A DNA stretch of 64,000 bases from positions 41,106,001 to 41,170,000 of the forward strand of contig OZ024752.1 in assembly GCA_964016885.1 (NCBI GenBank). The letters run 5' to 3'. The position numbers were made by a program, and so were the translations under genes. The notes beneath the pieces were generated by a model. The model was not told the origin of the DNA. It worked only from the letters and a program-made list of their open reading frames with translations, and did no database searches. Origin of the DNA: Eledone cirrhosa. Lineage: Eukaryota. Each line of letters begins with the position of its first letter. Position 1 is the stretch's first letter. Below are positions 1 through 14,585 of this stretch, piece after piece.

Positions 1-340
1 TTGAAATTAATGCTTGAAAGATTTAACAGCCTTAGCATCATTCCTTCATAGACTGACCAAGATACTCTGATGGAATGACCAAATGAGATTTATTTCTCAA
101 CATAGTCCCTAGAAAGAAACAATGCAGTTTTTTTTATTTGAGGGTTGACTAAAAAGTTCATAAGCTGACCAAGATACTCTAATAGAATGAACAAATGAGA
201 TTTATTTCTCAATATAGTCACTAGAAAGAAACAATGCAGTTATTAATAAAAAGAGTTGAAATTAATGCATGCAAGATTTCACAGCTCTAGCATCACTCGG
301 TCTTCTGAGTCAGTCTATGAACGTTTCAACTGACCCTCGT
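1..340. mobile_element. Mariner-type MITE copies with internal ~144-bp repeat unit (left part runs off the window)
   Basis: Ends ...tgaccctcg|TA at ~340; internal GAGGGTTGACTAAAAAGTTCATAAGCTGACC at ~140; same family as 24061-24691. Confidence 0.6.
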
Positions 341-422
341 ATAATCGACTAAAATAAATAAATTAATAAATATATATATATATATATATTTATTAATTTA
401 TTTTTTTAAATAAGACTCCAGT

Positions 423-456
<34 letters not shown>

Positions 457-500
457 ACTGGAGTCTTATTTAAAAAAATATATATATATTTATTTGGTTC

Positions 501-536
501 CTTTACCGGTTTCGCAGTTCTTCTGCTTTTCAAAAG
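501..536 (-). ncRNA. Minimal type-I hammerhead-like motif, U3-A8 core variant
   Basis: Minus strand reads CTT TTGAAAA GCAG aagaa CTGC GAAA CCGG TA AAG; inverted partner of 617-652. Confidence 0.6.
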
Positions 537-616
537 TAGAGTTGAGATGGAGGGTCTGTGGTTTTTCTCACATCTCTCTCTCTATATATATATATATATA
601 TTTATTAATTTATTTA

Positions 617-652
617 CTTTTGAAAAGCAGAAAAACTGCGAAACCGGTAAAG
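617..652 (+). ncRNA. Minimal type-I hammerhead-like motif, U3-A8 core variant
   Basis: CTT TTGAAAA GCAG aaaaa CTGC GAAA CCGG TA AAG: stem I CTT/AAG, stem II GCAG/CTGC, palindromic stem III ACCGGT. Confidence 0.6.
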
Positions 653-887
653 GAACCAAATATATATATATATTGTTTTATAAATAAGACTTTTCGATTT
701 CATCTTTTTTTCTTTATACTTTCACTCGTGTAGGACACCTCGGTTATTTTTCATTCTGTAAAAAAAAACCTCACTTTCTAATATATATATATATATATAT
801 ATTATGGACACTACCGTATATTTTGGTAGATTTATCTACATATATATATATATATATTTATTAATTTATATATATAATTTATATATA

Positions 888-1322
<435 letters not shown>

Positions 1323-1443
1323 AAAGTTCTATTTAAAATTGTTGGGATACAACAAGTAAATATTTTATAACTGATATAAAGCACTCGACAAGTTTTTGGA
1401 GTAGATATACGATATTAAATAAATGGAAACTATATTTATAAAA

Positions 1444-1514
<71 letters not shown>

Positions 1515-2512
1515 TTTGAAATCGATGTCTAGGTATGACTGAAAAAAAATATATTAATACGTTGAAGTAACAAAAAAATATTTAGAAATTTTGCAAACGC
1601 TGCAGATGTGAAGAGAAATCATTTAAAATGTTGTAGCAGTTTCTATTTGTTGGGTAACGCCATAATTGTTAATAGTAGTTGGTGTAACACGACTGCAGCT
1701 GTTAACAGCAGCTGTTCAAAGACAGATGCAGCTGTTGTAAAATGACTTGCAGCTGTTAAGAAGGCCTCTACATGATCACTCGACTTGCTAGAAATGGCAC
1801 CTAAATCTATAAGATCAATATAAAAATATAGTATTCATTGAAGAATGTAAATCCTACATAGTTAGATATATTGCGTCTGAGAAAAAGAAGATCTGGAATG
1901 GTTATTCGTTAGAACGTCCTTGAGTAATATGTCTGCTGAGACAGGACTGATCTGTGATTAAACAACAACAGCAACAGCAACAGCAACAGCAACAACAACT
2001 GTTGTAAATGCTGCTTCTTTGTTGTTATCTCTTTTTGTTATCCTGCTTTTTCTTTATTTCTATGTCAAGCTGTGGTGCCCTTACACACGTCCTTAGATGG
2101 TTACACTTGTATATCATCTGTTTGATGAGAAGAGATTGATAGTCACCCCAATCCCAATTTATTGATAAAGGGGGTGGCGTGGATATTGGTGGCCCTCCAA
2201 GACCCTTCACACAGTCCAGCATAGAGAGAGAGAGAGAGAGAGAGTGTGTGTGAGAGAGAGAGAGTGTGAGAGAGAGAGAGAGAGAGAGAGAGATGGGGGG
2301 GGGGGAGAAAATTGGAATGAGAGAGGAATTGACCTTAGTTATTCACTGGTACTTTATTTATCAACCATGAAACAATGGAAGGCAAAGTTGACCTCGACGG
2401 GATTTGAACTCGGAGTGTCGGAAAGATGTGCCGAAAGGGTCTTTCCTGACTCCCTAACAACAGTTCGCTGCCTAAATATTCATAAATTTAGATAAAATAA
2501 ACTAAATGATTA

Positions 2513-2700
2513 GTAATTGTTTCTACTTTTGGCACAAGGCCAGCAATTACCCCAGTGCATTACTGGTACTTTACTTTTATCGACCCCCGTAAGGATGAAA
2601 GACAAAGTTAACTCAGGCGGTAAAGTGAACTCAGGCGGTAAAGGGCCGTAACTCAATGCTGCAAACCATGGCGTCCGACCCTCTACCGATACTGCCAATC
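2513..2700 (-). mobile_element. tRNA-derived SINE (Meta/MESC-like core)
   Basis: Reverse complement of the TGGCAGTATCGGTAGAGGG head and the CTTTCATCCTTACGGGGTCGATAAAA core; B-box region is rearranged. Confidence 0.8.
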
Positions 2701-2890
2701 CATAATCTGTTACATTAGTCTTGTTCTATTGGAATAGAGCAACTATGAGATGTAGACAAGCAGAAATATATATAAATTGCTCAACTAACAGTCGTTGGTT
2801 GTTTTGTTGGTTAATCTTAAGTTACATCTCATTGATCAGATCAACCCATCTTTTTGCTAAATTTATTTATTTAGGCAATGGATTCCTTTA

Positions 2891-3108
2891 CGAAGGACGT
2901 CTCAAAAGTTTAGAGGGTGAAACTTTCATAGAGTCTGTCATGGAATGATCAATTAAGGTTTATTTTTCAACATAGTCCCTGGAAAGAAACAATGCAATTA
3001 TTAATAAAAAAAATAAAAAAAAAAAGTTGGAATTAATGCTTTTAAGATTTCACAGCTCTTGCATTCAGTCCTTCATGGTTAGCCTAAAAACTTTTCCACC
3101 AACTCTCG
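2891..3108. mobile_element. Mariner-type MITE (single internal unit, degenerate)
   Basis: TA|CGAAGG... and ...AACTCTCG|TA termini; internal sequence matches the 144-bp unit family. Confidence 0.55.
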
Positions 3109-3896
3109 TATATAACCAATGCACTTTTTAAAATCAGGATTAAAATTTGAGGCAGATTTCACTATTATTTCTACCAGTTTAAGCGAATACTTTGAGGGTC
3201 TTCCATATCCAGATATATTGCATAGTTATTGGTGATGTTAAAAGCCATGCTTTCAACATATCTATACAGCTCTGTTATATTTCATTATATGGAAACATTA
3301 CAGTCAAGCATATACCTCCGTTTATTTTTCTGCTTACCCAATTGCATAATTGGTTTCATTTATCACTTGGCAAGTAAGACTTTATACTAAACAGAGCTGT
3401 GGTTACTGTAAACGATGTACAAAGTTAAATTCTTAGACGATACAGCTCAAGATGAGCCCTGATCCAACAGGGCTCATCTTGATCAATGTATCTAAATGAT
3501 CACACTGTATTCTTTTAATTTTTTTTTCATAATCATAGTGTACTCCTGAATTTTTTTTTTTATTTTTACCAAGGTGTCTTTTAGATTTTTAAAGACAACC
3601 TAGTGTGGTCTGATAGGGATTTAGATACAATTTCTAGCAGATCGAAAGAGCAAGCAGGGGCTCACAGTACGTCATAATTTTTATGTGCGATATTTAGTGC
3701 TTATTTCTTAAAAGCCGAGTGACCACGTAGAGGTCTGGTGATTGACTGGTGACAGTTATAGATTTGAACTGACATATAAACATTACTATAACTGTTGTAC
3801 ATAGTTATACCTATTGGAGGGTCATGTTGGGAATTAAAACACATGTATTGGGTGTTTTGTTTAAGTAATTCATTGAAAAACCTATACTATACTAGG

Positions 3897-3947
<51 letters not shown>

Positions 3948-3949
<2 letters not shown>

Positions 3950-4120
3950 AAGGCGGGTAAAATTCCCGAGATCCATGGACGAGTTCTCTCCAGCGGTCTC
4001 TGTCCCTCATTATCGCTGCCATGTCCTGCGTCTCCAACAGACCAGTGTCTGTCCTTAGGGCATCAACATACGTTAACCTTGGTCTTCCTCTTCTAGTGTG
4101 TCCATGTAGGGGCTCCCAAA
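3948..4120 (-). mobile_element. RTE-clade LINE 3' fragment
   Basis: Nearly identical to 18365-18537 (…RGRP…RDRWRELVH); flanked by (TA)n. Confidence 0.75.
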
Positions 4121-4123
4121 AAG

Positions 4124-4159
<36 letters not shown>

Positions 4160-4163
<4 letters not shown>

Positions 4164-4355
4164 GAGTTAAACAAGATTCAATGAGTACATCAAAGAATGA
4201 GTTTTACTACCTTGATTAAATCTTAACCATTTAACATCTCAGGGTATGTCATGTATCATTTTATTTTATCTGATGAGGACGTACTGTTGTACCTCTGAAA
4301 TATGTATAATAAAATTTTATTGATCACAAGAACATCTATTTTATTAATATTTGTA

Positions 4356-4362
<7 letters not shown>
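4160..4362 (+). mobile_element. ~200-bp hammerhead-bearing module (solo pLTR-like) in (TA)n
   Basis: Near-identical reverse copy at 16779-16981 with the same two ends, both flanked by (TA)n; HHR at 4263-4315. Confidence 0.75.
4263..4315 (+). ncRNA. Type-I hammerhead ribozyme-like motif
   Basis: ATTTTAT CTGATGA ggacGTACtgttGTACctct GAAA TATGTA TA ATAAAAT; 7-bp stem I. Confidence 0.7.
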
Positions 4363-4413
<51 letters not shown>

Positions 4414-4434
4414 GTCCATATATATATATTTAGT

Positions 4435-4471
<37 letters not shown>

Positions 4472-4473
<2 letters not shown>

Positions 4474-4528
4474 GTCCAGAATTAGCCGTCGAAACGGCTT
4501 GAGCTCAGCTGTCGGGGTCTTACTGGTT

Positions 4529-4590
<62 letters not shown>

Positions 4591-4760
4591 AAGGAAGTAT
4601 GGTAAGGAACCAGGTGGACCATAGCGCACCAGAGTACTCAATACTTAGGGTAGTAGAGTGGGTAATAGGAAAAGAGTCAGAAGCCGTTTCGACAGCTATT
4701 TCTGTCCAGAAATAGCTGTCGAAACGGCTTGAGCTCTGCCGTCGGGATTCTGACTCTTTT

Positions 4761-4763
<3 letters not shown>
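4472..4763. mobile_element. GCCGTCGAAACGGC-family short inverted modules in (TA)n
   Basis: Same family as 36908-37588, 35831-35890, 48669-48798 and 8548-8600. Confidence 0.65.
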
Positions 4764-4855
<92 letters not shown>

Positions 4856-4980
4856 TATGTATATATATATATATTATGTATATATTTCTATATATTATTT
4901 ATATATTTCTATACTTTTCATTTATATATTATGTATATATAAATATATATGTATACATATATTATATATGTGTATATATG

Positions 4981-5145
<165 letters not shown>

Positions 5146-5550
5146 AGAAGGAAGGGTGTGGTTTAACTGTTACATCTTCTAAGAAGACTAAACAAGCTAG
5201 CCAAGCTTAGCGACTTGTTTAGCTAAGAAGAAAGTAGGTTGAATGAACGTGTAAAATGGAGGCGGTGCTTAAGCTGAAAGGGTAGGCAGTAAATGACTGC
5301 TGTAGTGGAGAGCGAAATAGTCAGGTGAATATCGGGGAAAATATATAGTAGACGGAGAATAAAGTGGGATGGAGGAAGGAAGAGGGATAGGAAGAGGTAG
5401 AAGTTGAAAGTGAATACAGATTTTTAGAGGAGGAAATATGTTTTTACCAATAAATAACTGAGGCGCTTTTAAAAACACAACGAGTTTCTCATCTATGTGG
5501 TCGCTGTGTTTTTTTTTGTTTTTTTTTTTTGCTAGACATAGCAGCAAAAA

Positions 5551-5994
5551 TAATTGTTTCTACTTTAGGCACAAGGCCAGCAATTATATCAGTGTGTTAC
5601 TGGTGCTTTATTTTATCGACCCCGTAAGGATGAAAGGCAAAGTTAACTTTGGCGGGATTTGAACTCAGAATGGCAAGGGCCGTAACTCTATGCGTCAAAG
5701 CATGGCGTCCGACCCTCTACCGATACTGCCAATTCACCGCAAAAATAATGATTTCTCTACTATAGGTAAAAGGTCAGAAATTTGGGGAGAGAGGGGGAAA
5801 GTCGATTAAATCGACTCCAGTCCAGTGTATTACTGGTACTTTATTTTATCGACCCCCCCACACACACACCCCCGTAAGGACGAAATGCAAAATTATTAAC
5901 CTTGGCAGGATTTGAACTCAGAACGTAAAGGGCCATAACTCTATGCTGCAAAGCATGGTGTCCGTCTCTCCACCGATACTGCCAAATCACCGCC
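5551..5994 (-). mobile_element. Two tandem tRNA-derived SINE copies
   Basis: Two copies with B-box (GGATTTGAACTC on +) and Meta-like core. Confidence 0.8.
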
Positions 5995-6196
5995 CTAACA
6001 ATCCACCATAGCAGCTATAACAATAATATCAACATTGAATCAAATTCCCCCACCCCCCTCCCGCCTACCAACACCCCCACCAACACCACCACATTGTCTT
6101 AAAGTAACTTAGTTTGTAGTAGTAGACAAAGCATTCCTCGCATTTCATATTTATAGTTAAGACTACATAAACCAAATATGGAATTTCTCTTCTGAT

Positions 6197-6281
<85 letters not shown>

Positions 6282-6617
6282 GCTACTACTATGACGACGA
6301 CGATGACACCTTCAATAATACGGATATCAGCTGAAAAGTTCATAAGCTGACCAAGATACTCTCATGGAATGACCAAATGAGGTTTACTTTTCAAAATATT
6401 CCCTAGAAAGAAACAATGCAGTTATTAATAAGCAGAGTTGAAATTAATACATGCAAGATTTCACAGCTCTAGCATCACTCCTTCATAGGCCAACCAAGAT
6501 ACTCTCATGGAATGACTACATGAGTGACACGACTTCATCTATATTTAGTACTACGTGATACAATATGTCCTTGTGAAATACTCTAGGGTGTACGACCTTT
6601 AGGACTACATTCTACAT

Positions 6618-6939
6618 CAGGCATGTCAAACATGCGGCCCTTTACAAGCACACATGCGGCCCTTTACAAGCACACATGCGGCCCTTTACAAGCACACATG
6701 CGGCCCTTTACAAGCACACATGCGGCCCTTTACAAGCACACATGCGACCCTTTACAAGCACACATGCGGCCCTTTCAAAGCACACCTGCGGCCCGCACAA
6801 AGGTTTTTACAGCGCGAGCGTAATATATAATTAAAAAAATATTAGTTGTAATGTGCGCAATTAGTTGACATGTGTGACCCTCAGACAACACGTGTGTGAC
6901 CCATATGGCCCTCGGGGGACCCGCAGTTTGACATGCCTG
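6618..6939. mobile_element. hAT (Charlie-like) non-autonomous transposon with internal 22-bp tandem repeat
   Basis: 14-bp TIR CAGGCATGTCAAAC/GTTTGACATGCCTG; 8-bp TSD TTCTACAT/TTCTACAA (7/8); ~7 copies of CACATGCGGCCCTTTACAAGCA. Confidence 0.85.
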
Positions 6940-7518
6940 TTCTACAATATATCTTTGTGAAATACAACATGTATGTGACCCATGTCGCTATCTATTTGAC
7001 GGCAGATGGAAGTGGAGGGTATTTGAAACTATCTGGTTTTACTTAAAGAATGAAATGTCCAACAGAGATATATTACGGAAAGAAAAGAAACCAGCTAAAA
7101 CCTCATTCAGCACTTGAATATATATTATAAATAATAGAGCACATATAAAAGAACTGAATGATAGTTCATGTGGTCATGATGATGGCGGCAGATGGAAGTG
7201 GAGGGTAGTTGAAACTATGCTAATCCCTTCTTTGAGTTAATCTTAGTTTATGTTCATTCTTCAGAAGGCATTTACTACAACCTGCATCTTATACAGTGCA
7301 TATCAAGAATCATATGACTGCCGCAGTCACCACCACTACCAACAACAACACTAACACAAACTACACCACCACCATCACCGCCACCATCACCGCTACCATC
7401 ACCGCCACCACCACCTCCAACAGATTTCTCTTCCATCTCTTCCCTTGTTTGATATTGCTTTTTTTTTTTAACATTGTTTTCTGAGCTATTATAAAGTTAT
7501 GGAATTATGTATATATAC

Positions 7519-7562
<44 letters not shown>

Positions 7563-7722
7563 AATGGCTTCTACAGGGCTAGACCTATTTCATTCATGAG
7601 AAATCATCAGGAAGCCAACTGTCCAAGTAATATGGTGGTATTTATACCTTTTCTGGTGGTAGGAGTGGGTGGTGATTGGGATGGGTGGAGGTCATTGGTT
7701 GATGGATTTAAAGGGAATTCTT

Positions 7723-7813
<91 letters not shown>

Positions 7814-7869
7814 CTGATTAAACAAAACATATATTGGTACTTTTTCTGGATGTCCAATTTATCTGAAGC

Positions 7870-8390
7870 AATTCAGATGTTATCAAATTCTTCATATTAA
7901 AGATACAACTAAAAATAATCTCTTGCCACTAATATAAGCGCCATGAATTTCTTAGATGTTACCTCAACTTAATTACAAACATATACAAAGATTTAAGCAA
8001 ATCTAACAAAGATCACACCCGTTAATATACTCCCCTGCCACCTACCCTTACATTATAAAACTCAATTAACAATATTAGTAGAATATGCTCCCGTAATCAA
8101 ATGCGGATATTTTCGAAAACACACAGCCTCCTATTATAATAAAGCCTTGAAATTTAGTGGATTCTGTAATAAAATTAATTAGACTCCTAAAGTGAATCGC
8201 CATTCTAATCTATTAATAGATACCACAACATTATTTTTATTTTATCTTACCATCAAATACGATATTAATAAGAATTCTCTAGCCTTAATTAAAACTTTTT
8301 CATCTCAAAACAAATACAAGATCTTATTTAATAAAATCAATCTTAAACTAAATTAAAATGTATTTTCCAATATTGATTTTATGACATTAA
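7870..8390 (+). pseudogene. Degenerate Penelope-like element RT thumb/linker fragment
   Basis: Frameshifted translation gives MNFLDVT-NLITNIYK, YYNKALKFSGF and NKYKILFNKINLKLN, resembling PLE motifs NFLDVTLNL..YKP, Y..AL..SG and KIFN.N..K.SY. Confidence 0.6.
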
Positions 8391-8411
8391 TTATATATAT
8401 ATGTGTGTATG

Positions 8412-8523
<112 letters not shown>

Positions 8524-8605
8524 CGTGTGCACAAATATGTAATATATAATCAGGAACTATCTGTTGAAACGGCAAGAGCTCAGACGTCGGGTCTCCTCAC
8601 TTTAT

Positions 8606-8649
<44 letters not shown>

Positions 8650-8662
8650 TGTGTGTGTGTGT

Positions 8663-8713
<51 letters not shown>

Positions 8714-8817
8714 TGTCTGTCTGTGTGTGTGTAAAAGGTGAACATAAATAACAACATAATCGGTACAGTATATGGAAAGGATATATTAGGTTAACGCTTG
8801 AAATAGCAGAAAGAGGG

Positions 8818-8850
8818 TCTAACGTTTCGGACGCTAGTCCTTCATCAGAA
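8818..8850 (-). ncRNA. Minimal hammerhead-like motif typical of Penelope-like pLTRs
   Basis: Minus strand TT CTGATGA A GGAC tagc GTCC GAAA CGTT AGA; palindromic AACGTT stem III, very short stem I; adjacent to (TA)n. Confidence 0.65.
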
Positions 8851-8857
8851 GATATAT

Positions 8858-8964
<107 letters not shown>

Positions 8965-9061
8965 ATGGTAAATAGGCACTGGGAAACATACGTCACAGAT
9001 TATTTTTAGTCACACAGTCACTGGCAGACACATACTAACACACACAGAAGCAAAAAAGAAG

Positions 9062-9182
<121 letters not shown>

Positions 9183-9570
9183 ATATAAAATGTCACAGAC
9201 AGATAGAGAAACGAGGACAGACTTACACTGAACAAACACATACACATTTATATACACACACAATTTCTACTCTACTGCAGACACATATAGCAACACATAT
9301 ATACCCTGTCACACACACAACATGGACACACATATAGACACACGTAGATGAAGAGAGAAAAATATACCGCCCACTTATAACGGTAAGCTGCTTGCTAAAA
9401 GAAGACTCTTGGACGTCGGGGAAAATCTTGTCAATTGGATTAAGACTCAATTATCTGAATCCAACAGATTACATGTAATCCTGTCGAAGATAAGTGTTTG
9501 ACGGCTCTGCCATAACTGCAGTGGGGGGACTGAGTACACCAAGAAGGAAAGAGTAAGACAGATAGCTGGT

Positions 9571-9671
<101 letters not shown>

Positions 9672-9682
9672 ATGTATGTATG

Positions 9683-9762
<80 letters not shown>

Positions 9763-9920
9763 TATATATATAAATATATATATGTATGTATATGTATATG
9801 TATAAATATATATATATATATATATACAGTGAGAGAGAGAGGGAGAGAGAGAGTTAGAGATAGATAGAGAGGTAGAGAAAATTCTGTATGCGTGCGACCG
9901 TGCGCGTATGTGTGAATATT

Positions 9921-9968
<48 letters not shown>

Positions 9969-10018
9969 CGCGCGCGTGTGTGTGTGCCGATATATATATA
10001 CTTACCTATTATTTATCC

Positions 10019-10084
<66 letters not shown>

Positions 10085-10369
10085 GGGGAAGAGTGAGGGG
10101 GGACAGAAAGAGAGAAAAAAGGGTGGGAGAGAGGGAAAAACAGACACATACACAGACACACATACATACACACACACACACACACATACACACACATACG
10201 CGCACAAACACAGACAGACAGACAGACAGCCAGCCAGGCAGACAGAAGAAATGTAACTGAAAGAATTGAGTTGTTATGAAAGCTGAGGGCAAAGAAATAA
10301 GGTCAACCACTTGGTTTATTGTATTAAGTGATGTTGTTTAGATGACATGGAGTAGATGTTGCCCTGTGT

Positions 10370-11012
10370 TAATGTGTGTGAGCGTGGGGGTGGGGGTGTA
10401 TGTGTGTGTGTGTGGAAGTGTGTGTGTGTCTGCGTGTGTGTATGTGTGGGTGTCTGTGTGCGTGTGTGTGTGTGTGGAAGTGTGTGTGTGGAAGTGTGTG
10501 TGTGTCTGTGTTTGTGTATGTGTGTGTCTGTGTGTGTGTCTGTGTGTGTCTGTGTGTGGAAGTGTGTGTGTGTGTGTTTGTGTCTCTGCGTCTGTGTGTG
10601 TGTGTCTGTGTGTGTGTGTGTCTGTGTGTGTCTGTGTGTGTCTGTGTGTGTGTATGTATGTATGTGTGTGTGTGTGTGGAAGTGTGTGTGTGTCTGTGTT
10701 TGTGTCTCTGTGTCTGTGTGTGTGTGTGTCTGTGTTTGTGTGTGTATGTGTGTGTGTGTGTGTGTGTGTCTGTGTATGTGGAAGTGTGTGTGTGGACGGA
10801 AGGGAAGATTCTAGATATAAATAAAATGTTTTCATATATTCTCTTACTTGTTTCAGTCAGTTGACTGCGACCATACTGGGGCACCGGCTTGATTTAATCA
10901 ATAATAACGAACTCAATACTTGTTTCTGCAAGTCTGATAGATATTTTATCGATTTTTTTTATCTTTTAGGGTATTTTTTTTTTTTGCAGTACCATTTCGT
11001 TACAGGTCATAG

Positions 11013-11078
<66 letters not shown>

Positions 11079-11785
11079 ACATACCCACACATACACACTT
11101 ACTTACATACACACACACACACACATACTTACATACCCACACATACACATACTTACATACTCACACGTACACATATACTTACACACACACACACTTACTT
11201 ACATACACACACACACACACACTTACCTACACACACACACATACACATACTTACATACACACACATACTTACATACCCACACATACACATACTTACATAC
11301 TCACACATCCCCATATACTTACATACACACACACACACACACTTACCTACATACACACACATACACATACTTACATACACACACACACACATACACATAC
11401 TTACATACACACACATACACATACTTACATACACACACACACACATACACATACTTACATACACACACACACATACTTACATACCCACACATACACATAC
11501 TTACATACTCACACATCCACATATACTTACATACACACACACACTTACCTACACACACACACATACACATACTTACATACTTACATACACACACATACTT
11601 ACATACTCACACATCCACATATACTTACATACACACACACACTTACTCACATACACACACATACACTTACCTACATACACACACATACACATACTTACAT
11701 ACCCACACATACACATACTTACATACCCACACATACACATATACTTACATACACACACACACTTACTTACTCACATACACACACT
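10370..11785. repeat. Degenerate compound (GT)n and (CA)n/CATACTTA low-complexity satellites
   Basis: GT-rich block 10370-10795 and CA-rich block 11015-11785; overlapping ORFs are repeat translations. Confidence 0.9.
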
Positions 11786-12054
11786 CGATAAAATAGAGTA
11801 CCAGTAATACACTGGGGTCGATTTAATTGACTTTCCCCTCCCCAAAAATTGCTGGTCTTGTGCCTAAATAAGAAACCATTGTTATGGGGTTGGTATAGTG
11901 AAGTACCAGTAATGCCCTGGGGTCGATTTAATCGACTTTCCCCTCCCCCATAATTGCTGACCTTGTGCCTATATAAGAAACCGTTATCTTTACTGTAGAT
12001 TCATCCTCAACTTCTTAGTCTTGAGTACAAAAAGGAAGCATTAATTTACTGTGG

Positions 12055-13654
12055 ATTGGCAGAATTGGTAGAGGGTCGGACGCCATGCTTTCCAATTGGC
12101 AGAATTGGTAGAGGGTCGGACGCCATGCTTTCCAATTGGCAGAATTGGTAGAGGGTCGGGCGCCATGCTTTCCAATTGGCAGAATTGGTAGAGGGTCGGA
12201 CGCCATGCTTTCCATTTGACAGAATTGGTAGAGGGTCGGGCGCCATGCTTTCCAATTGGCAGAATTGGTAGAGGGTCGGACGCCATGCATTCCAATTGGC
12301 AGAATTGGTAGAGGGTCGGACGCCATGCTTTCCAATTGACAGAATTGGTAGAGGGTCGGGCGCCATGCTTTCCAATTGACAGAATTGGTAGAGGGTCGGA
12401 CGCCATGCTTTCCAATTGGTAGAATTGGTAGAGGGTCGGACACCATGCTTTCCAATTGGCAGAATTGGTAGAGGGTCAGACACCATGCTTTCCAATTGGC
12501 AGAATTGGTAGAGGGTCAGACACCATGCTTTCCAATTGGCAGAATTGGTAGAGGGTCAGACACCATGCTTTCCAATTGGCAGAATTGGTAGAGGGTCAGA
12601 CACCATGCTTTCCAATTGGCAGAATTGGTAGAGGGTCAGACACCATGCTTTCCAATTGGCAGAATTGGTAGAGGGTCGGACGCCATGCTTTCCAATTGGC
12701 AGAATTGGTAGAGGGTCGGACGCCATGCTTTCCAATTGACAGAATTGGTAGAGGGTCGGACGCCATGCTTTCCAATTGGCAGAATTGGTAGAGGGTCGGA
12801 CGCCATGCTTTCCAATTGGCAGAATTGGTAGAGGGTCGGGCGCCATGCTTTCCAATTGGCAGAATTGGTAGAGGGTCGGACGCCATGCTTTCCATTTGAA
12901 AGAATTGGTAGAGGGTCGGGCGCCATGCTTTCCAATTGGCAGAATTGGTAGAGGGTCGGACGCCATGCTTTCCAATTGGCAGAATTGGTAGAGGGTCGGA
13001 CGCCATGCTTTCCAATTGACAGAATTGGTAGAGGGTCGGGCGCCATGCTTTCCAATTGACAGAATTGGTAGAGGGTCGGACGCCATGCTTTCCAATTGGT
13101 AGAATTGGTAGAGGGTCGGACACCATGCTTTCCAATTGGCAGAATTGGTAGAGGGTCAGACACCATGCTTTCCAATTGGCAGAATTGGTAGAGGGTCAGA
13201 CACCATGCTTTCCAATTGGCAGAATTGGTAGAGGGTCAGACACCATGCTTTCCAATTGGCAGAATTGGTAGAGGGTCAGACACCATGCTTTCCAATTGGC
13301 AGAATTGGTAGAGGGTCAGACACCATGCTTTCCAATTGGCAGAATTGGTAGAGAGTCGGACGCCATGCTTTCCAATTGGCAGAATTGGTAGAGGGTCGGG
13401 CGCCATACTTTCCAATTGGCAGAATTGGTAGAGGGTCGGACGCCATGCTTTCCAATTGGCAGAATTAGTAGAGGGTCGGACACCATGCTTTCCAATTGGC
13501 TGAATTGGTAGAGGGTCGGACGCCATGCTTTCCAATTGCCAGAATTGGTAGAGGGTCGGACGCCATGCTTTCCAATTGGTAGAATTGGTAGAGGGTCGGA
13601 CGCCATGCTTTCCAATTGGCAGAATTGGTAGAGGGTCGGACGCCATGATTTCCA
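12055..13654 (+). repeat. 40-bp tandem array (~40 copies) of a SINE 5' head
   Basis: Unit AATTGGCAGAATTGGTAGAGGGTCGGACGCCATGCTTTCC; runs directly into a SINE body; variant pattern recurs at 680 bp. Confidence 0.95.
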
Positions 13655-13793
13655 GCATAGTTACGTCCCTTTACGATCTGAGTTCAAATCCCGCCGAGGT
13701 TAACTTTGCCTTTCATCCTTACGAGGTCGATAGAATAAAGTACCAGTAATGCACTGGCTAATTACTGGCCTTGTGCCAAAAGTAGAAACAATT
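13615..13793 (+). mobile_element. tRNA-derived SINE terminating the 40-bp array
   Basis: A-box TGGCAGAATTGG, B-box GAGTTCAAATCC (~13680), core GCCTTTCATCCTTACGAGGTCGATA. Confidence 0.85.
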
Positions 13794-13894
13794 AATTTAC
13801 TGAGATTTTGAAGCCGGGGCGAGGGGGAGGGGCATATATCCCAGTTAAATACCAGCTCAATCATTTGTAGGTTAGTGTTGTTTAATTTAACTCT

Positions 13895-14585
13895 TTACCA
13901 TTTACATTACTCTATATATACTATTGTATTTTTACAGTAAAGGCTTTACCTCACATAACATTTACATTACTCTATATATACTATTATATTTTCACAGTAA
14001 AGGCTTTACCTCACATAATATCTCACATAACATTTACATTACTCTATATATACTATTATATTTTCACAGTAAAGGCTTTACCTCACATAATATCTCACAT
14101 AACATTTACATTACTCTATATATACTATTATATTTTCATGGTAAAGGCTTTATCTCACATAATATCTCACATAACTTTTACATTACTCTATATATACTAT
14201 TATATTTTCACAGTAAAGGCTCTACCTCACATAATATCTCACATACCATTTACATTACTCTATATATACTATTGTATTTTCATGGTAAAAGTTTTACCTC
14301 ACATAATTATCTCACATAATATCTCACATACCATTTACATTACTCTATATATACTATTGTATTTTCATGGTAAAAGTTTTACCTCACATAATTATCTCAC
14401 ATAATATCTCACATACCATTTACATTACTTTATATATACTATTGTATTTTCATGGTAAAAGTTTTACCTCACATAATTATCTCACATAATATCTCACATA
14501 CCTTTTACATTACTCTATATATACTATTGTATTTTTACGGCAAACACTTTACTTCATATAATATTGAATATCTCACATAATATTG
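13895..14585. repeat. AT-rich tandem repeat, ~60-83-bp units, ~9 copies
   Basis: Repeated TTTACATTACTCTATATATACTATT...TCACATAA with a growing number of TCACATAA sub-repeats. Confidence 0.9.

Noticed and set aside
12015-13658. Repeat array as a CRISPR, or ORFs MESMASDPLPILPIG... as proteins
   Set aside because: Head-to-tail 40-bp units with no unique spacers, derived from the adjacent SINE; ORFs are phase-shifting repeat translations
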